From Cenarchaeum sp. (GTDB taxonomy: Archaea; Thermoproteota; Nitrososphaeria; Nitrososphaerales; Nitrosopumilaceae), in NCBI GenBank assembly GCA_965242695.1, contig CBDESU010000001.1:288001-352000 (forward strand): a stretch of 64,000 nucleotides of DNA. The letters run 5' to 3'. Below, piece after piece: positions 29,781 to 40,600 of this stretch. Made by a program: the position numbers and the translations under genes. Each line of letters opens with the position of its first letter. Positions within the stretch are counted from its first letter, which is position 1. The notes beneath the pieces were generated by a model. The model had not been told where the DNA came from. It made no database searches and saw nothing but the letters and a program-made list of their open reading frames with translations.

Positions 29781-32700
29781 GCCTTCCCCTTCCCTCTTCC
29801 GGCGCCGCTTGCCCTGGAGACGTTTCGGTCCCTGCGCGCCGGCCCCGGCTTGTCCTGCCGCTGCCGCGCGCCCCTGCCGGCGCGCGCCCCTGCCGCTGCT
29901 GGAGCCGATGGCGACCTTGACGGGGATGCGGACGGGGATGCGGCCTCCATCTCCGCCGCCGCCGCGCTGCGGATTGCATCCAGGGCGGCCTCGGCGGCCA
30001 CCCCGGCGGCGGCTTCGTCCGCATCGTCCTGGATCTTGAGCCCCTCAGCCGCAGCGCGGTCTCCTGCCGCCAAAGTCCCTGCCCCCGCCGCAGGCGGCAG
30101 CGCAGGAGGCGGAGGCGGCGGCGCTCCTGCGGACGGGCGCGACGCAGTGGGGCGCGACATGGCGCCTGCCGCGCCGCGGCCCCCGCCCCCTGCCGCGCCG
30201 CGGGGGGCGTCCCCGCCGGCGGCGCGCCCCCCAGCGGGGGCATCTTCCCGCGTGCCGAACTCTGCAGTGCCGCCACCGCCGGCGGCGCGCCCCGCGCCGC
30301 GGCGCGGACGGCTGCCGCGCTCCCGGTCGGGGGCGGCATCGGCGCCGTTATGCAAGGCGGCATCGCCAGTGTCCGCGCTGCCGCCGCCTCCGCCGCCCAG
30401 GCCGGGCAGAGCCGACTCGCCTGCCGGACATGCCGTGATCCGGTTCGCGCTGCCGCCGCCTCCGCCGTCCAGGCCAGGGCCGACACCCCCCGCAACCACC
30501 TCGGCCGAGTCCCACGCCCCCGCCTCTGCGCCCGCACCCTCCGCACTTCCCTCGGCCGAGTCCCACGCCCCCGCCTCCGCACCCGCGCCACCCGCACCCG
30601 AATAGTCGCGGTGCGGCCCCCCGTCCAATCCCGGATCGTCCTCCTCGATGCCATGTCCGCCGCCGCGTTCCCCACCTGGCCCCTTTCCAATCGGAACGAG
30701 GCCCCGAACCGCGCCCCACGCGCCGCGGCAGGCCGCCTCGGCCGCGTCGAGCGCCTGCGCGGCCCTGAGCCTGTACCCCGCGGCGCCCCGAAACACGGCA
30801 AGGACGGCGAGCATCCCAAAGGCGGCAAACACGGCGGCAGCGCCCGTGTGGTCCTCGCGATACCTTGCGGTCACGACCACATCGTCGGCCGCGGCAAACG
30901 ACGCCTCGGCCCCCTGCGCGTTCAGGCCGGCGGCAAGCGCCGCCGCCGCCTCTGCCCTGCCGGGGCCCGCCTCGACTCCCTGTCCTCCCGCCGGCCTCAC
31001 GTCCCACCCGTCCCACACGCTGCGTACCAGAAACGAGGCCACGTGCTCCTCGGGCGCGCGCACGAACGCCGCCTCGCCTGCCCTGACCGCCCCTCCCCCG
31101 ACGGCGCCGCCTGCGGCCTCGACGAGCACGGTCCGCGCGTATGTCGCGGAAAACACGTCCCCGTCGCCCGGCTCGGCCGTGACGGCGCTCGGCGCCTGCC
31201 CCGCTCCCGCGCCGCCGCGCGCGTGCTGCGCCCCCTCGCCGCCCCCGGCGCCGAGCACGCGCGCATCGACGAGCTCGTACGCGCGGTCGCCGTGCCGCGC
31301 CGTCCTGGGAAACTCGACCGTAACGGACTGCCGCTCCGCGGTCTCGCGGTGCGGGGTCGTCGCCGACCTCGGCTCCGCATCCGACGCCGTCGACAGCGCG
31401 ACGGGAACGGCAAGGTGCGCCCCCGTTCCGTCGCGCGCCTCGACCGCGTACGTAACGGACGCATCGACGGCAACGTCAAACCTGGCCGATGCGGCAGTCG
31501 AGCCGGGCGCGTCTGCGGCGACCGTGACCGAAAACAGCCCCGCCTGGTCGGGGCGCAGCACGACGGCGCGCCCGCCGCCGGCGATCTCGTGGGGGATGGC
31601 CGTATCGACGGCGACCGTTCCGGGCGGCGCGGCCGGAGGCGCCGGCGGCATGCTCACGTCGATGCGGTACTCTTCCCCGGCGCGCACCACGCCGCCAAAC
31701 CCCGCCTCTATCGATGGGGACTCTGTCCTGGCGTACGGCCGCACCTCTGCCGAGCCGTGGCCCGACCCGGAAAAGACGGACAGCCTGCCTGCGCCCCCGC
31801 ACACGAACAGCCGGCCGGCGATCGGGTGCCCCGACTCGCCGGCGCCCTCCCGAATGTCGCCGCCCGAGGCCGACAGGGCCGCTGCCGCCTCGGCCGCGCC
31901 CGCGGGGCGGCAGCCGCCGGACGCGTCGAACCCGGCGCCCGTCCCGTCCGGCCCGCCTGCCAGCAGGTCGGACGATGCCGGAAACACCTCGTGCGCCCTG
32001 ACGGCGCGCGGCGCATCGACGATCGGGCCGTCCCCGCCGCGCCCTTCCGCAGCGCCGATGCCTGCCCACGAGCCGATCCGTCCCGCCGCCGGCGCGGCCG
32101 CCGGCGATGCGCCGTGCGGCGCACCGGCCGTTCCGGGCGTCCACGCCTCGAGCGTCCCCGTCCCGCCGGGCCCCGGCGTCCCGCGCACGCGCACCACAGG
32201 CGAGTCCATGGCGACAAACTCCGACGAGACGGCCGCGCCGCCGCCTGCCTCCAGCATTGCGACGGGCGGGCCGGCCGGCGCGCCGCGCGCGCGGCCGCCG
32301 AGCGCGGTATCGGGGTCGAGCACGGCTCCGGCCGCATCGCCGGCGTACAGCAGCGCGATATCCTGCACGCGGCCCGGCGCGACGGGCAGGGGCAGGATGT
32401 GCAGGCGCGGCTCGGAGCCTCCGCCCGCGGACACCTCGAGCGGGGCCGTGCGCGGGTGCTGCCGCATGCCGGGCGCCGTAACAGACACCTCGTACGACCC
32501 GGGCGGGGCCCGCACGGGCACGACGGCCGAGTTTGACGGGAGTGCGGCGTGGCCGTGCCCGCCCTGCGCGTGCACGGGGGCACCGATCACGGCGGTCGCC
32601 GCATGCTCGGCCCCGTTCGAGGATACGACGATCTCGACGGGAACGCCGGGCGCGGGGCGCAGCATGGAGACCGCACCGGACACGTCGAGGCGCCCGGCGC

Positions 32701-34129
32701 CACCGCTGCCCTCGCCCTCGCCCGGCCCCGCGCGCCCGGCGCCACCGACGACCTCTGCCGTCCTGTCGGCGTGCGCATGGTACGCGGCCGCCGCGATGAA
32801 CGACCTTCCGATGCCGCCCTCGCGCGGCCCGCCCGCGCCTGTCGATGCCGCTGTTGCCGCTGCGGCCGGCGGCACGACGTCGAACACGACCAGGTTTGGC
32901 GCGTCCTCCCCGCCCCCGCGCGTCCAGCCGGTTCCGCCGTCCCGCGCCCCGGCCGGCGCGCCCGCTCCCCCGCCGTCGAGGAGGGTCCCGTTCTCGCCGA
33001 CCGCTCCCCGCGCGCCGTACGCCGCCGGGCCGACGGCGAACCAGTCCGTCGCGCTGCCGTGCCCCGGCACCGCTACCGTAAGGGATGCGACCCCTGCCGC
33101 GCCGGTGCGGAACGTGCCGAGCCACGGCCAGGCGTCCACCTGGACGCGGGCGGGCCTGTCGGCTCCTGCATGGTGCGGCGAGGGGGATCCGTCCACCCTG
33201 GCGATGCCCGGGTCGGACGTGTGCACCAGGGCGTAGGGGGGCGTGTTCGGGGACCCTGCCGCGGCCGCCGCCGCGCCGTCCGGGCCCTCGAGCCACGCGA
33301 TATAGTGGCCGGCCGAGTTTTCGGGCAGGACGGGGGGCCACGCGCGCACCCGCACGGCCGGCGGCTCCTGCCACTCGAACCCGATGTGCGCCTCGGCGCG
33401 CATCCCGCCGCCGTGCGCGTGGACCGTCCCGGGCGCGGCCACAAACGCATCAAAGGTCGCCCCCGTCGAGCCGGCCGGTATGACGACCCTATCCGGGACG
33501 AGCAGGCCGGCGCCGCCTCCCGACAGGCGCACCTCCAGGCCGGATGCGGCAGGGACGGCCGTTGCGTGGTGGCCGCCGGCCGCCCATTCGACCAGGTGGA
33601 CGGCGCCGGCGACGTGGTGAGTCCGCGTCGACGGGGGCAGCGTAATGGCCAGGCCGCGCCCGCTGTCCGAGGTATCAGCGGCCACTACCGACCCCTCCAC
33701 GAACTCGCCGCCGACGGACGCGCGGATCGCGTGGGTGCCGAGCTCTAGCGCCTTGAAGGCAAAGATCGCATGGTCCGCGCCTGGCGGCATCTCTACGGAC
33801 GGGGCGACGAGGATGGCGGCGGGGTCTGCCGCGAGGAGGATCGTCGTCCCGTTGCTGCCCGTACCGCCTGCGCCGCGCGGCCCCTCGTGGCGGACCATGC
33901 CGTAGTGCCACGACTCGGGCGCGACGCGCTGCGGGACGTACAGCTCCGCACCGGGCGCATCGCCGGGCATACCGGCGGCATGCGCGTGCGGCGGGGCGGG
34001 GCCGTATTCTGCGCCGCCGCCGGCCGACGCCGACGCCACTGCCGCGGCCGCAACCGCGGCCCATGCAGCGAGCGCAAGGATGCGGGCGCGCCCGGCGCGC
34101 GGCCCGTCCCGCAGGACTCCGGCTGGCAT
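29777..34129 (-). CDS. Large membrane-anchored surface protein (about 1450 aa)
   Basis: TTAAAT about 25 bp upstream of ATG 34129, signal peptide, beta-rich body, late TM (AAAVFAAFGMLAVLAVF) and a low-complexity tail. Confidence 0.7.
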   Translation of the reverse strand: MPAGVLRDGPRAGRARILALAAWAAVAAAAVASASAGGGAEYGPAPPHAHAAGMPGDAPGAELYVPQRVAPESWHYGMVRHEGPRGAGGTGSNGTTILLAADPAAILVAPSVEMPPGADHAIFAFKALELGTHAIRASVGGEFVEGSVVAADTSDSGRGLAITLPPSTRTHHVAGAVHLVEWAAGGHHATAVPAASGLEVRLSGGGAGLLVPDRVVIPAGSTGATFDAFVAAPGTVHAHGGGMRAEAHIGFEWQEPPAVRVRAWPPVLPENSAGHYIAWLEGPDGAAAAAAGSPNTPPYALVHTSDPGIARVDGSPSPHHAGADRPARVQVDAWPWLGTFRTGAAGVASLTVAVPGHGSATDWFAVGPAAYGARGAVGENGTLLDGGGAGAPAGARDGGTGWTRGGGEDAPNLVVFDVVPPAAAATAASTGAGGPREGGIGRSFIAAAAYHAHADRTAEVVGGAGRAGPGEGEGSGGAGRLDVSGAVSMLRPAPGVPVEIVVSSNGAEHAATAVIGAPVHAQGGHGHAALPSNSAVVPVRAPPGSYEVSVTAPGMRQHPRTAPLEVSAGGGSEPRLHILPLPVAPGRVQDIALLYAGDAAGAVLDPDTALGGRARGAPAGPPVAMLEAGGGAAVSSEFVAMDSPVVRVRGTPGPGGTGTLEAWTPGTAGAPHGASPAAAPAAGRIGSWAGIGAAEGRGGDGPIVDAPRAVRAHEVFPASSDLLAGGPDGTGAGFDASGGCRPAGAAEAAAALSASGGDIREGAGESGHPIAGRLFVCGGAGRLSVFSGSGHGSAEVRPYARTESPSIEAGFGGVVRAGEEYRIDVSMPPAPPAAPPGTVAVDTAIPHEIAGGGRAVVLRPDQAGLFSVTVAADAPGSTAASARFDVAVDASVTYAVEARDGTGAHLAVPVALSTASDAEPRSATTPHRETAERQSVTVEFPRTARHGDRAYELVDARVLGAGGGEGAQHARGGAGAGQAPSAVTAEPGDGDVFSATYARTVLVEAAGGAVGGGAVRAGEAAFVRAPEEHVASFLVRSVWDGWDVRPAGGQGVEAGPGRAEAAAALAAGLNAQGAEASFAAADDVVVTARYREDHTGAAAVFAAFGMLAVLAVFRGAAGYRLRAAQALDAAEAACRGAWGAVRGLVPIGKGPGGERGGGHGIEEDDPGLDGGPHRDYSGAGGAGAEAGAWDSAEGSAEGAGAEAGAWDSAEVVAGGVGPGLDGGGGGSANRITACPAGESALPGLGGGGGGSADTGDAALHNGADAAPDRERGSRPRRGAGRAAGGGGTAEFGTREDAPAGGRAAGGDAPRGAAGGGGRGAAGAMSRPTASRPSAGAPPPPPPALPPAAGAGTLAAGDRAAAEGLKIQDDADEAAAGVAAEAALDAIRSAAAAEMEAASPSASPSRSPSAPAAAGARAGRGARQRQDKPGPARRDRNVSRASGAGRGKGKA

Positions 34130-34624
34130 GCGCGGTCGGTTTGCGCTGCGATTTAAGGGGCAGAGGCGGCGCGCCGTGCGCGCTTGGGCCGCCCAGGCGC
34201 GGATCGGCGCATGCAGGGGGAACGGGGCGCCGAACGCCCGATAGCCTAGTACGGACTCGCGCTGTCCGCTAACGCCCGACAGGCCGCGCGGGGTCTGGGT
34301 CGGGCTGCGGCTGTCGGGATCCTCGGCCCCCCTGCCGGCGGCGGGCCCGGGCCGCTCGGCGCCGCGCCCGGCCGCGCCCCGCATCCGCAGGCATGGCCGC
34401 CTTTTGCGCGGCGGCGGGGGCCGAACGGGGGCGGGCAGGCCCGTCGTGCGGCGGGGGCCGCGGGGCGCGGGCCGCGGCACCGGACGGCGGCCCCCGTCGT
34501 CCCGCCCGCCTTTCCGCCCGCCGCCGCGCTACCTGTCCCCGGCCACGCCCCGGCGGGACGGGGCGTCTGGGGGCAGGCGGGGCCTTGTCCATCTCTCCCA
34601 AAGGGCGCCCGCGTGCGCCGGCGC

Positions 34625-36106
34625 TCATACGAGAAAGAGAAAGACCGATGCCGGCAGGCAGCAGGTTCCGCGCCCCGCCCTCATCTCGTTCCTGCTGACC
34701 AGGATCCCGCCTTCAGAGCCGACGATCCTCTTGTAGTCGAGTATGCCGTACATGTCGCGGCTCTTTATCTGGCTTTGATACTTTACATCTATGGGCATCA
34801 TCCCGCCGTTGTCCCTGACCAGAAAGTCGACCTCCCTCTTGCGCGATCTCCAGTAGAACACGGCGTTGTCGTGACCGTACGCGACGCGCATGCCGAGCGT
34901 GCGGTACGCAAAGCGCAGGATGTGCTCGCAGACGACCTGCTCGACGAGCCTGGACAGGCGCGCCCGATCGTCCATGCACTCTAGGCTGGCGTCGTACGCG
35001 CTCCCCGATCCCAGGCCGCTGGCCATGTGGAAAAGGAACGGATCGCGAAAGTAGGTCTTTTTCGCCGCACCGTACTTTGGGCGATCGCTCGCCGCGTTGT
35101 ACCTGTGTATGGAGGCGGTGCAGAACATGTCCTCCAGGATCCTTGCATAGTCTCTAGCAGTATGGTGGCTTGACACGGCCGTGCCCTTCTTGAGCGACGA
35201 CCAGGATACTGCGCTGCCGGTGCATTCGGCAACCCTGCCCATGATCTGGCCCGCAAGCGCCGGGTTTTTTCCAAGGCGGCCAAAGCCGCCCTGGATCAGC
35301 TTTGCATACCGCTCGTAGTGCGCGTCGTCGACGTGCCCGTCCTTGGCAAGCCTGTCTACAATGAACGGTATTCCGCCGGCCAAGAGGTACCTGTGCAGGC
35401 ACCTGCCAAGCTCGTTCTGGCGCATGTAGAGCTCCTTGATCGGGGCGCCAATGCTGCCCGACGCGGCGCCCCTGAGGATGGAGATGCGCGACTCTTGGTC
35501 CAGCGGAACCGCCCGCGCCGCATTGTCGTACAGGCCTCGGTCTGTTGCCATGACAAACCGCCTAAAGTTCATGGGCATGGCGACCTTGTCGAGCGTGCCG
35601 CTCCCAGGGTCGCCCCTCCTGCCGGCCAGGAGCTCGGTGGCCCTGGACAGGTCGACCGTATGCGACCCCGTCGTCACGACGGTGCAGTTCTCGAGCATGT
35701 TCAGGTCCTTGAGCGACTTTATCGCCCGCTGCCAGTCGATGACGTTGGATATCTCGTCAAGGAACAGGTACCTTCGCGACTTTTCCGACTGGCTGCTCTT
35801 GTCAAAGTACTCGTAGAGGACGTTCTCGACGTCGAGCGGGGCGGTCTCGGATTCGAACGAATAGTACATGACGTTGTGCGGCGGGACGCTCTCGAGCAGC
35901 CGGGCGATCGCCAGCTTTACCAGCGTGGTCTTGCCCACCTGCCTCGGCCCCCTCAGCGAGTAGATGTAGTCGCCCGCCTCGAAGACGCTCGGATCGGGGG
36001 CGAGTCCTAGCGAAGAGGCCTTCAGCGCCGCTATCTTTGGATCCCTGCCAATGGCCGCCTTGTCCTTCCACCATGGGTTGAGCCTGGCCATCCTTGCGAC
36101 GTGCAT
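34625..36106 (-). CDS. AAA_14 ATPase with DUF4143 C-terminal domain
   Basis: NPWW, GPRQVGKTT, LFLDEI, VTTGS, LAGR, YLLAGGIP, KKTYFRDP, YWRSRKREVDF...IDVK. Confidence 0.9.
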   Translation of the reverse strand: MHVARMARLNPWWKDKAAIGRDPKIAALKASSLGLAPDPSVFEAGDYIYSLRGPRQVGKTTLVKLAIARLLESVPPHNVMYYSFESETAPLDVENVLYEYFDKSSQSEKSRRYLFLDEISNVIDWQRAIKSLKDLNMLENCTVVTTGSHTVDLSRATELLAGRRGDPGSGTLDKVAMPMNFRRFVMATDRGLYDNAARAVPLDQESRISILRGAASGSIGAPIKELYMRQNELGRCLHRYLLAGGIPFIVDRLAKDGHVDDAHYERYAKLIQGGFGRLGKNPALAGQIMGRVAECTGSAVSWSSLKKGTAVSSHHTARDYARILEDMFCTASIHRYNAASDRPKYGAAKKTYFRDPFLFHMASGLGSGSAYDASLECMDDRARLSRLVEQVVCEHILRFAYRTLGMRVAYGHDNAVFYWRSRKREVDFLVRDNGGMMPIDVKYQSQIKSRDMYGILDYKRIVGSEGGILVSRNEMRAGRGTCCLPASVFLFLV

Positions 36107-36147
36107 GGCCGCCCTCTGCCATGCCTGCCTATAATGCCGGCGCCTGT

Positions 36148-36301
36148 TGCCAGCCTGCTTTTAAAGCCCGGAAAACCGGCTGCCAGCCTGCTTTTAAAGC
36201 CCGGAAAACCGGCTGCCAGCCTGCTTTTAAAGCCCGGAAAACCGGCTGCCAGCCTGCTTTTAAAGCCCGGAAAACCGGCTGCCAGCCTGCTTTTAAAGCC
36301 C
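36148..36301. repeat. 33-bp perfect tandem repeat TGCCAGCCTGCTTTTAAAGCCCGGAAAACCGGC, about 4.7 copies
   Basis: Copies at 36148, 36181, 36214, 36247 and a partial copy at 36280. No spacers. Confidence 0.95.
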
Positions 36302-36410
36302 CGAGAACAGGTTGTCCTGACAGGCCGGGGGTGGCGGCCTGTTGTAGCCGACCCGCTGCAGATACCTCATCCAAGCAGAGCCGGCTGGGCAGGCCCAGGG
36401 CCGCGCCCTG

Positions 36411-37625
36411 CTATGGCAGGCCGCACTGGACATTGTACGAGACGGTCTGGGCGAGGACGCCGCCCTCTGCCGCGTCGTACGGGGCCAGGTTCAGCCTGAA
36501 CCACAGCGATGCGGTGTCGCCGCCTCCGAGCCCTCGCACCACGGCCGTCCCCCCGCCGACGGACGCGTAGGCGCCCTCCATGCCATCCTCGCACGCCTCG
36601 GTCGCCGCGGCCGGAATGGACGCGTAGACGCGCGCGACAAGGGCGCTCGATGTCCTGCCCTCGCCCGTCCCGTTCGCGGGGGCCGCCAGGATCGGCGATG
36701 CGGCGCCCGGCGAGGTGCCGCCGCCGTGGCCCGCCTGCCACGTAGTCGCATCTATTCCAGCCTGCGCAAACGGCGCCGAGCCGTAGTTGATCCGCGTCTG
36801 CTCGGTGGGATACAAGCGGGCGCCGGGCGCTGCATCGCCGATGTCTAGGCTCGGCGACCCGAGCCCGACCGAGCATGTGTGGTACACGGGCGCCGGGGCG
36901 CCGCTCTCGGACTCTGCGGTGCCGAACCGGGCCAGGTGGTGCGTGTAGATGGCCATGTCCCTGCCGTCGTCCGAGTCGATCCGGCACTCGCCCGTGCCGC
37001 CGAGGTGCCGGTCGACCCTGGCAGTATCGTCCGCTGCGCATGCTGTGCCGATCGGCACGATCCGACCGCCGGGGCCGTCGTCGATGCAGACGCCCTGCCG
37101 CCTGCCTGGCCCTCGAGGGATATGCGGACGGGCATGTCGAACGCGACCCTGCCGCTGTCATCGTCGCCGATCTCCACGACGCCCCGCAGCAGGACCGCAC
37201 CCGGGCCGCCGTACAAGACCCTCCGCGCCAGAGCCGGGCGGCACTGCGCGCAGGACGAGCAGGCCGCCGGGCGGCACGGACGTTGCCTTTGCCCCGGGCG
37301 GGAGCGACACTGATGCGAACGATGTGGCTACGGCGGCGCCCTCGGGCGGGAACTGCGCGGTTCCGCCGGCGGCGCCTGCCTGGTCAAGCACGTCACGTTG
37401 ATCGTGACGCGCAACTCGTTGTCCCTGTCGGCAAGGTTGCTGTAGACCGCATCGTCGTCCGGCCCGGGACAGCCGTTGCGGCGCCGTTGCCGCCCGCGCT
37501 GATCACTGCCGGGCTGGCGCGCGGCGACGCCGGGGATCCGGCATCCGGAATATCCGAGCCGGCGGGGCTCCCGCCCGCATCCCTGATGGAGCCGCCGCCC
37601 GCCGACGGGGCATCCCGCCCTGCGC
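36411..37625 (-). pseudogene. Degenerate duplicate of the 3' end of the giant surface protein gene
   Basis: Pieces (GGSIRDA.., QFPPEGAAVATSFASV, VEIGDD..MPVRISLEGQAGGRA, CAADDTARV..LWFRLNLAPY) lie in several frames and are homologous to about 37635-38950. Confidence 0.75.
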
Positions 37626-37634
37626 CCTGCGCGG

Positions 37635-40600
37635 CTACTGCGGCAGGATGCACTGGGCGCTGTACGTGATGCTCTGCGAGATCGTGCCGACCGGCACCTC
37701 GCTGCCGTACGGGGCCAGGTTCAGCCTGAACCACAGCGGCTTGACGTCCCCGCCGCCGAGGCCGCCGGCCACCGCAGTATCCGCGCCGACCGCGGCGTAG
37801 TCGCCTATCCTGCCGGACTCGCTCACCTCGGATGCGCCAGCCGGCAGGGTCGCCGAGATGCGCGCGACAAGGGCGCTCGACGCCCTGCCCTCGCTTGTGC
37901 CGGGCGCCGGGGCCGGCAGGGACGGGTATCCGCCGGAATCGGAGCCGCCGTCGGCACCGGCCCGCCACGGGGACGCCTCGATCCCGACACCTGCAAACGG
38001 CGCCGAGCCGGAGTTGATCAGCCTCTGCTCTGCCGGATCGGAGCGGCCGCCGAGCGCCGCATCGCCGATCGGCAGGCTCTGCCGCCAGAGGCTCACCGAG
38101 CACGTATAGTCCACGGGCGGCGGCATGCCGCTCTCGGACAGCACGGTGCCAAACCGCGTCAGGTGGTACGTGTAGATGACCATGTCCCCGCTCGAGTCGA
38201 TCCGGCACTCGCCCATGCCGCCGAGGTGGCGGTGGACCCTGACTGTATCGTCGGCCCCGCAGGCGTCGTCGATCGGCACCAGCGAGCCGTCCGTGCCGTC
38301 GATGTAGAACGCGCGGCCGCCGGCCTGGCCCTCGAGCTGTACGCGGACGGGCATGCTGAACGTGACGGTACTGCCCTCGTCGCCGATCTCTACGATCCTT
38401 CGCAGTGTCACGGCCGAGCCGTCGTACGCAAGGCCCTGGACGGCCGGATCCGCCGGCAGGCCGCCGTCGGACTCGGCGACGACGTGCAGGACGAGCAGGC
38501 CGTCGGGCGGCACTGACATTGCCGTCACACCGGGCGGGAACTGCACGGACGCGAACGACGTCGTCACGGCGGCGCCCTCGGGCGGGAACTGGACTGTCCC
38601 GCCGGCGGTCCCTGCGCCTGCCAGCCCCGTCACGTTGATCGTGACGCGAACCTCGTTGCCCCTGCCGGTAAGATTGGCCTGGACCGCGGCGTCGTCCGGC
38701 CCGATGACGACCGTTGCGGTGTTTCCGGTCGCGTTGTCCGCGCCGCCGCCTACGCCGCCTCCGTTGGATCCAGCGCCGCCGCCTCCGTTGGATCCAGCGC
38801 CGCCGCCTCCGTTGGATCCAGCGCCGCCACCGTCGATCACAATGCCCGATGCATGCAGCGAGTCGGGCGAGCCCGGCTCGGGCAGCATCCGGTCGGCATC
38901 GCGGCCGCTTGCATCCCGTATTGTACCGCCGTTGAGGGACAGGGCGCCGCTGTCCGCATAGTCGAGGCGGTCCGCCATGTCTCCGGACTGTACCCTGTAG
39001 AGGAACGCCAGCCTAGAGTCGCCGTCGCTGCCCTCTACGTATGCCGCGCTCCTGGCCGGCTCGGTCGAGAGCGCCAGCGTAGGCGCCCCCGTCACGTGCA
39101 CGGTTCCGCTAAAGGCCACGGTAATGTTGACGGCCGAGCCGGCGCCGTACGTGCCGCCAGCGTCCGCCGAGAATACCCTGAGGACGCTGGGCGGATCCTC
39201 CGACTGCATCGTCGTGTCTATCTCGATGTCCCTCGAGTGGCCCAGCGATCCGGCCTCGCCCGGCCCGGGCAGCATCCGGTCGGCGTCGTTGCCGGCCGCA
39301 TCCTTGATGGTTCCGCCGTTGAGGGTCAGCGCGCCGGTCCCGGTATAGTCCAGGTCGTCCGCTACATCGTCGGGAAGCACCCTGTACTCGAACACAAGCG
39401 TCCGCGAGCCGCTGCCGTAGTCGTATGCGGCCATGCCGGCGGCCGCGCCCGTATCGAGCTCGATCCGCGGCGAACCCGTCACGTGCACGGCCTCGTCAAA
39501 CAAGACCGTGACGTTGATCCTCGAGCCGATGCCGTACGCGCGGTCCGCGTTAGGCGACGAGACGGCCTCTACACTCGGGGCGGTGGTGTCGATGCGAATG
39601 CCCGCGGCCGCAAGCGACATCTCCCCTTCGATGCCGGACAGGTCCAGGTCGGCGCCGTTGCCGATTGCATCCGTCATGGTCCCGCTGTCAAGGGACAGGG
39701 CATCGGCGCCGTCGTAGTCTAGGGGGCCCGCGCCGTCGCCTACTTGCACCGTATAGTTGAAGACGAGCGTCCGCATGTCGCCCGACTGCCGCTCGTACGT
39801 GGCGGCAGCGGTCGCATCCCCGTCGAGTGCGAGGCGCAGCGACGGGGATGCCCTGTCGGAGAGCACGACGGCCTCGCCAAAGCCGACGGCGATCCTGACC
39901 GTCTCGCCAGCCCGGTACGGCGCGCCCTTTGGATCGGACTCTGCTGCGCTGATCGCGCGCGGCCCCGCGGTGTCGATCCGTATGGGCATATCGTCGTCGC
40001 CGAGCAGGCCGTCCATTCCAGGCTCGGGCAGCGTCAGGCTGGCGGGGTTGTCGGCCGCGTCCGCAATGGATCCGTCGGGGGACAGCGCCGTAGTGTTCGC
40101 ATAGTCGAGGTCGGCCGCATTGTCGCCCCCTTCCACCGTGTATACAAACGCCATGTCCATGCCGGCGCTGCCGCCCTCGTCGTACACGGCGAACCGGTCC
40201 GTCCCGTCGTCCATCCTCAGCGCGATCGACGGCGCGCCGTCCCGGGCGACGTCCACATTCTCGTCAAACGAGACCGTAATGTTGATCTTCGAGCCTGCGC
40301 CGTACGTGCCGTTCGCGTTGGGCGACGAGACTGACTCGACGCGCGGGGCGGCGGTGTCGGGCACGATGGCCCTTGCGCCGCCGAGCGAGTCTGGAGAGCC
40401 CGGCGCAGGCAGTTCGAGGTCGACTGCGTTGCCCAGCAGGTCGGTTATGGCGCCGCGCGACGCCAGGGCCCCGGCGTGCGCGTATTCCAGGCCGGCGGCA
40501 GCGGCGGGAACGGCGTCGCCGGGCATCACCGTATAGTTGAAGACGAGCGTGTCTGTTCCGTTGCCGGACAGGTAAGGCGCCGCCCTGTCCTCCCCCTCCA

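Noticed and set aside
36148-36301. CRISPR array
   Set aside because: The units are contiguous identical 33-mers with no unique spacers, and there are no cas genes in the window.
36411-38950. Diversity-generating retroelement TR/VR pair
   Set aside because: Differences between the copies include indels and do not appear adenine-specific, and no reverse transcriptase is visible.
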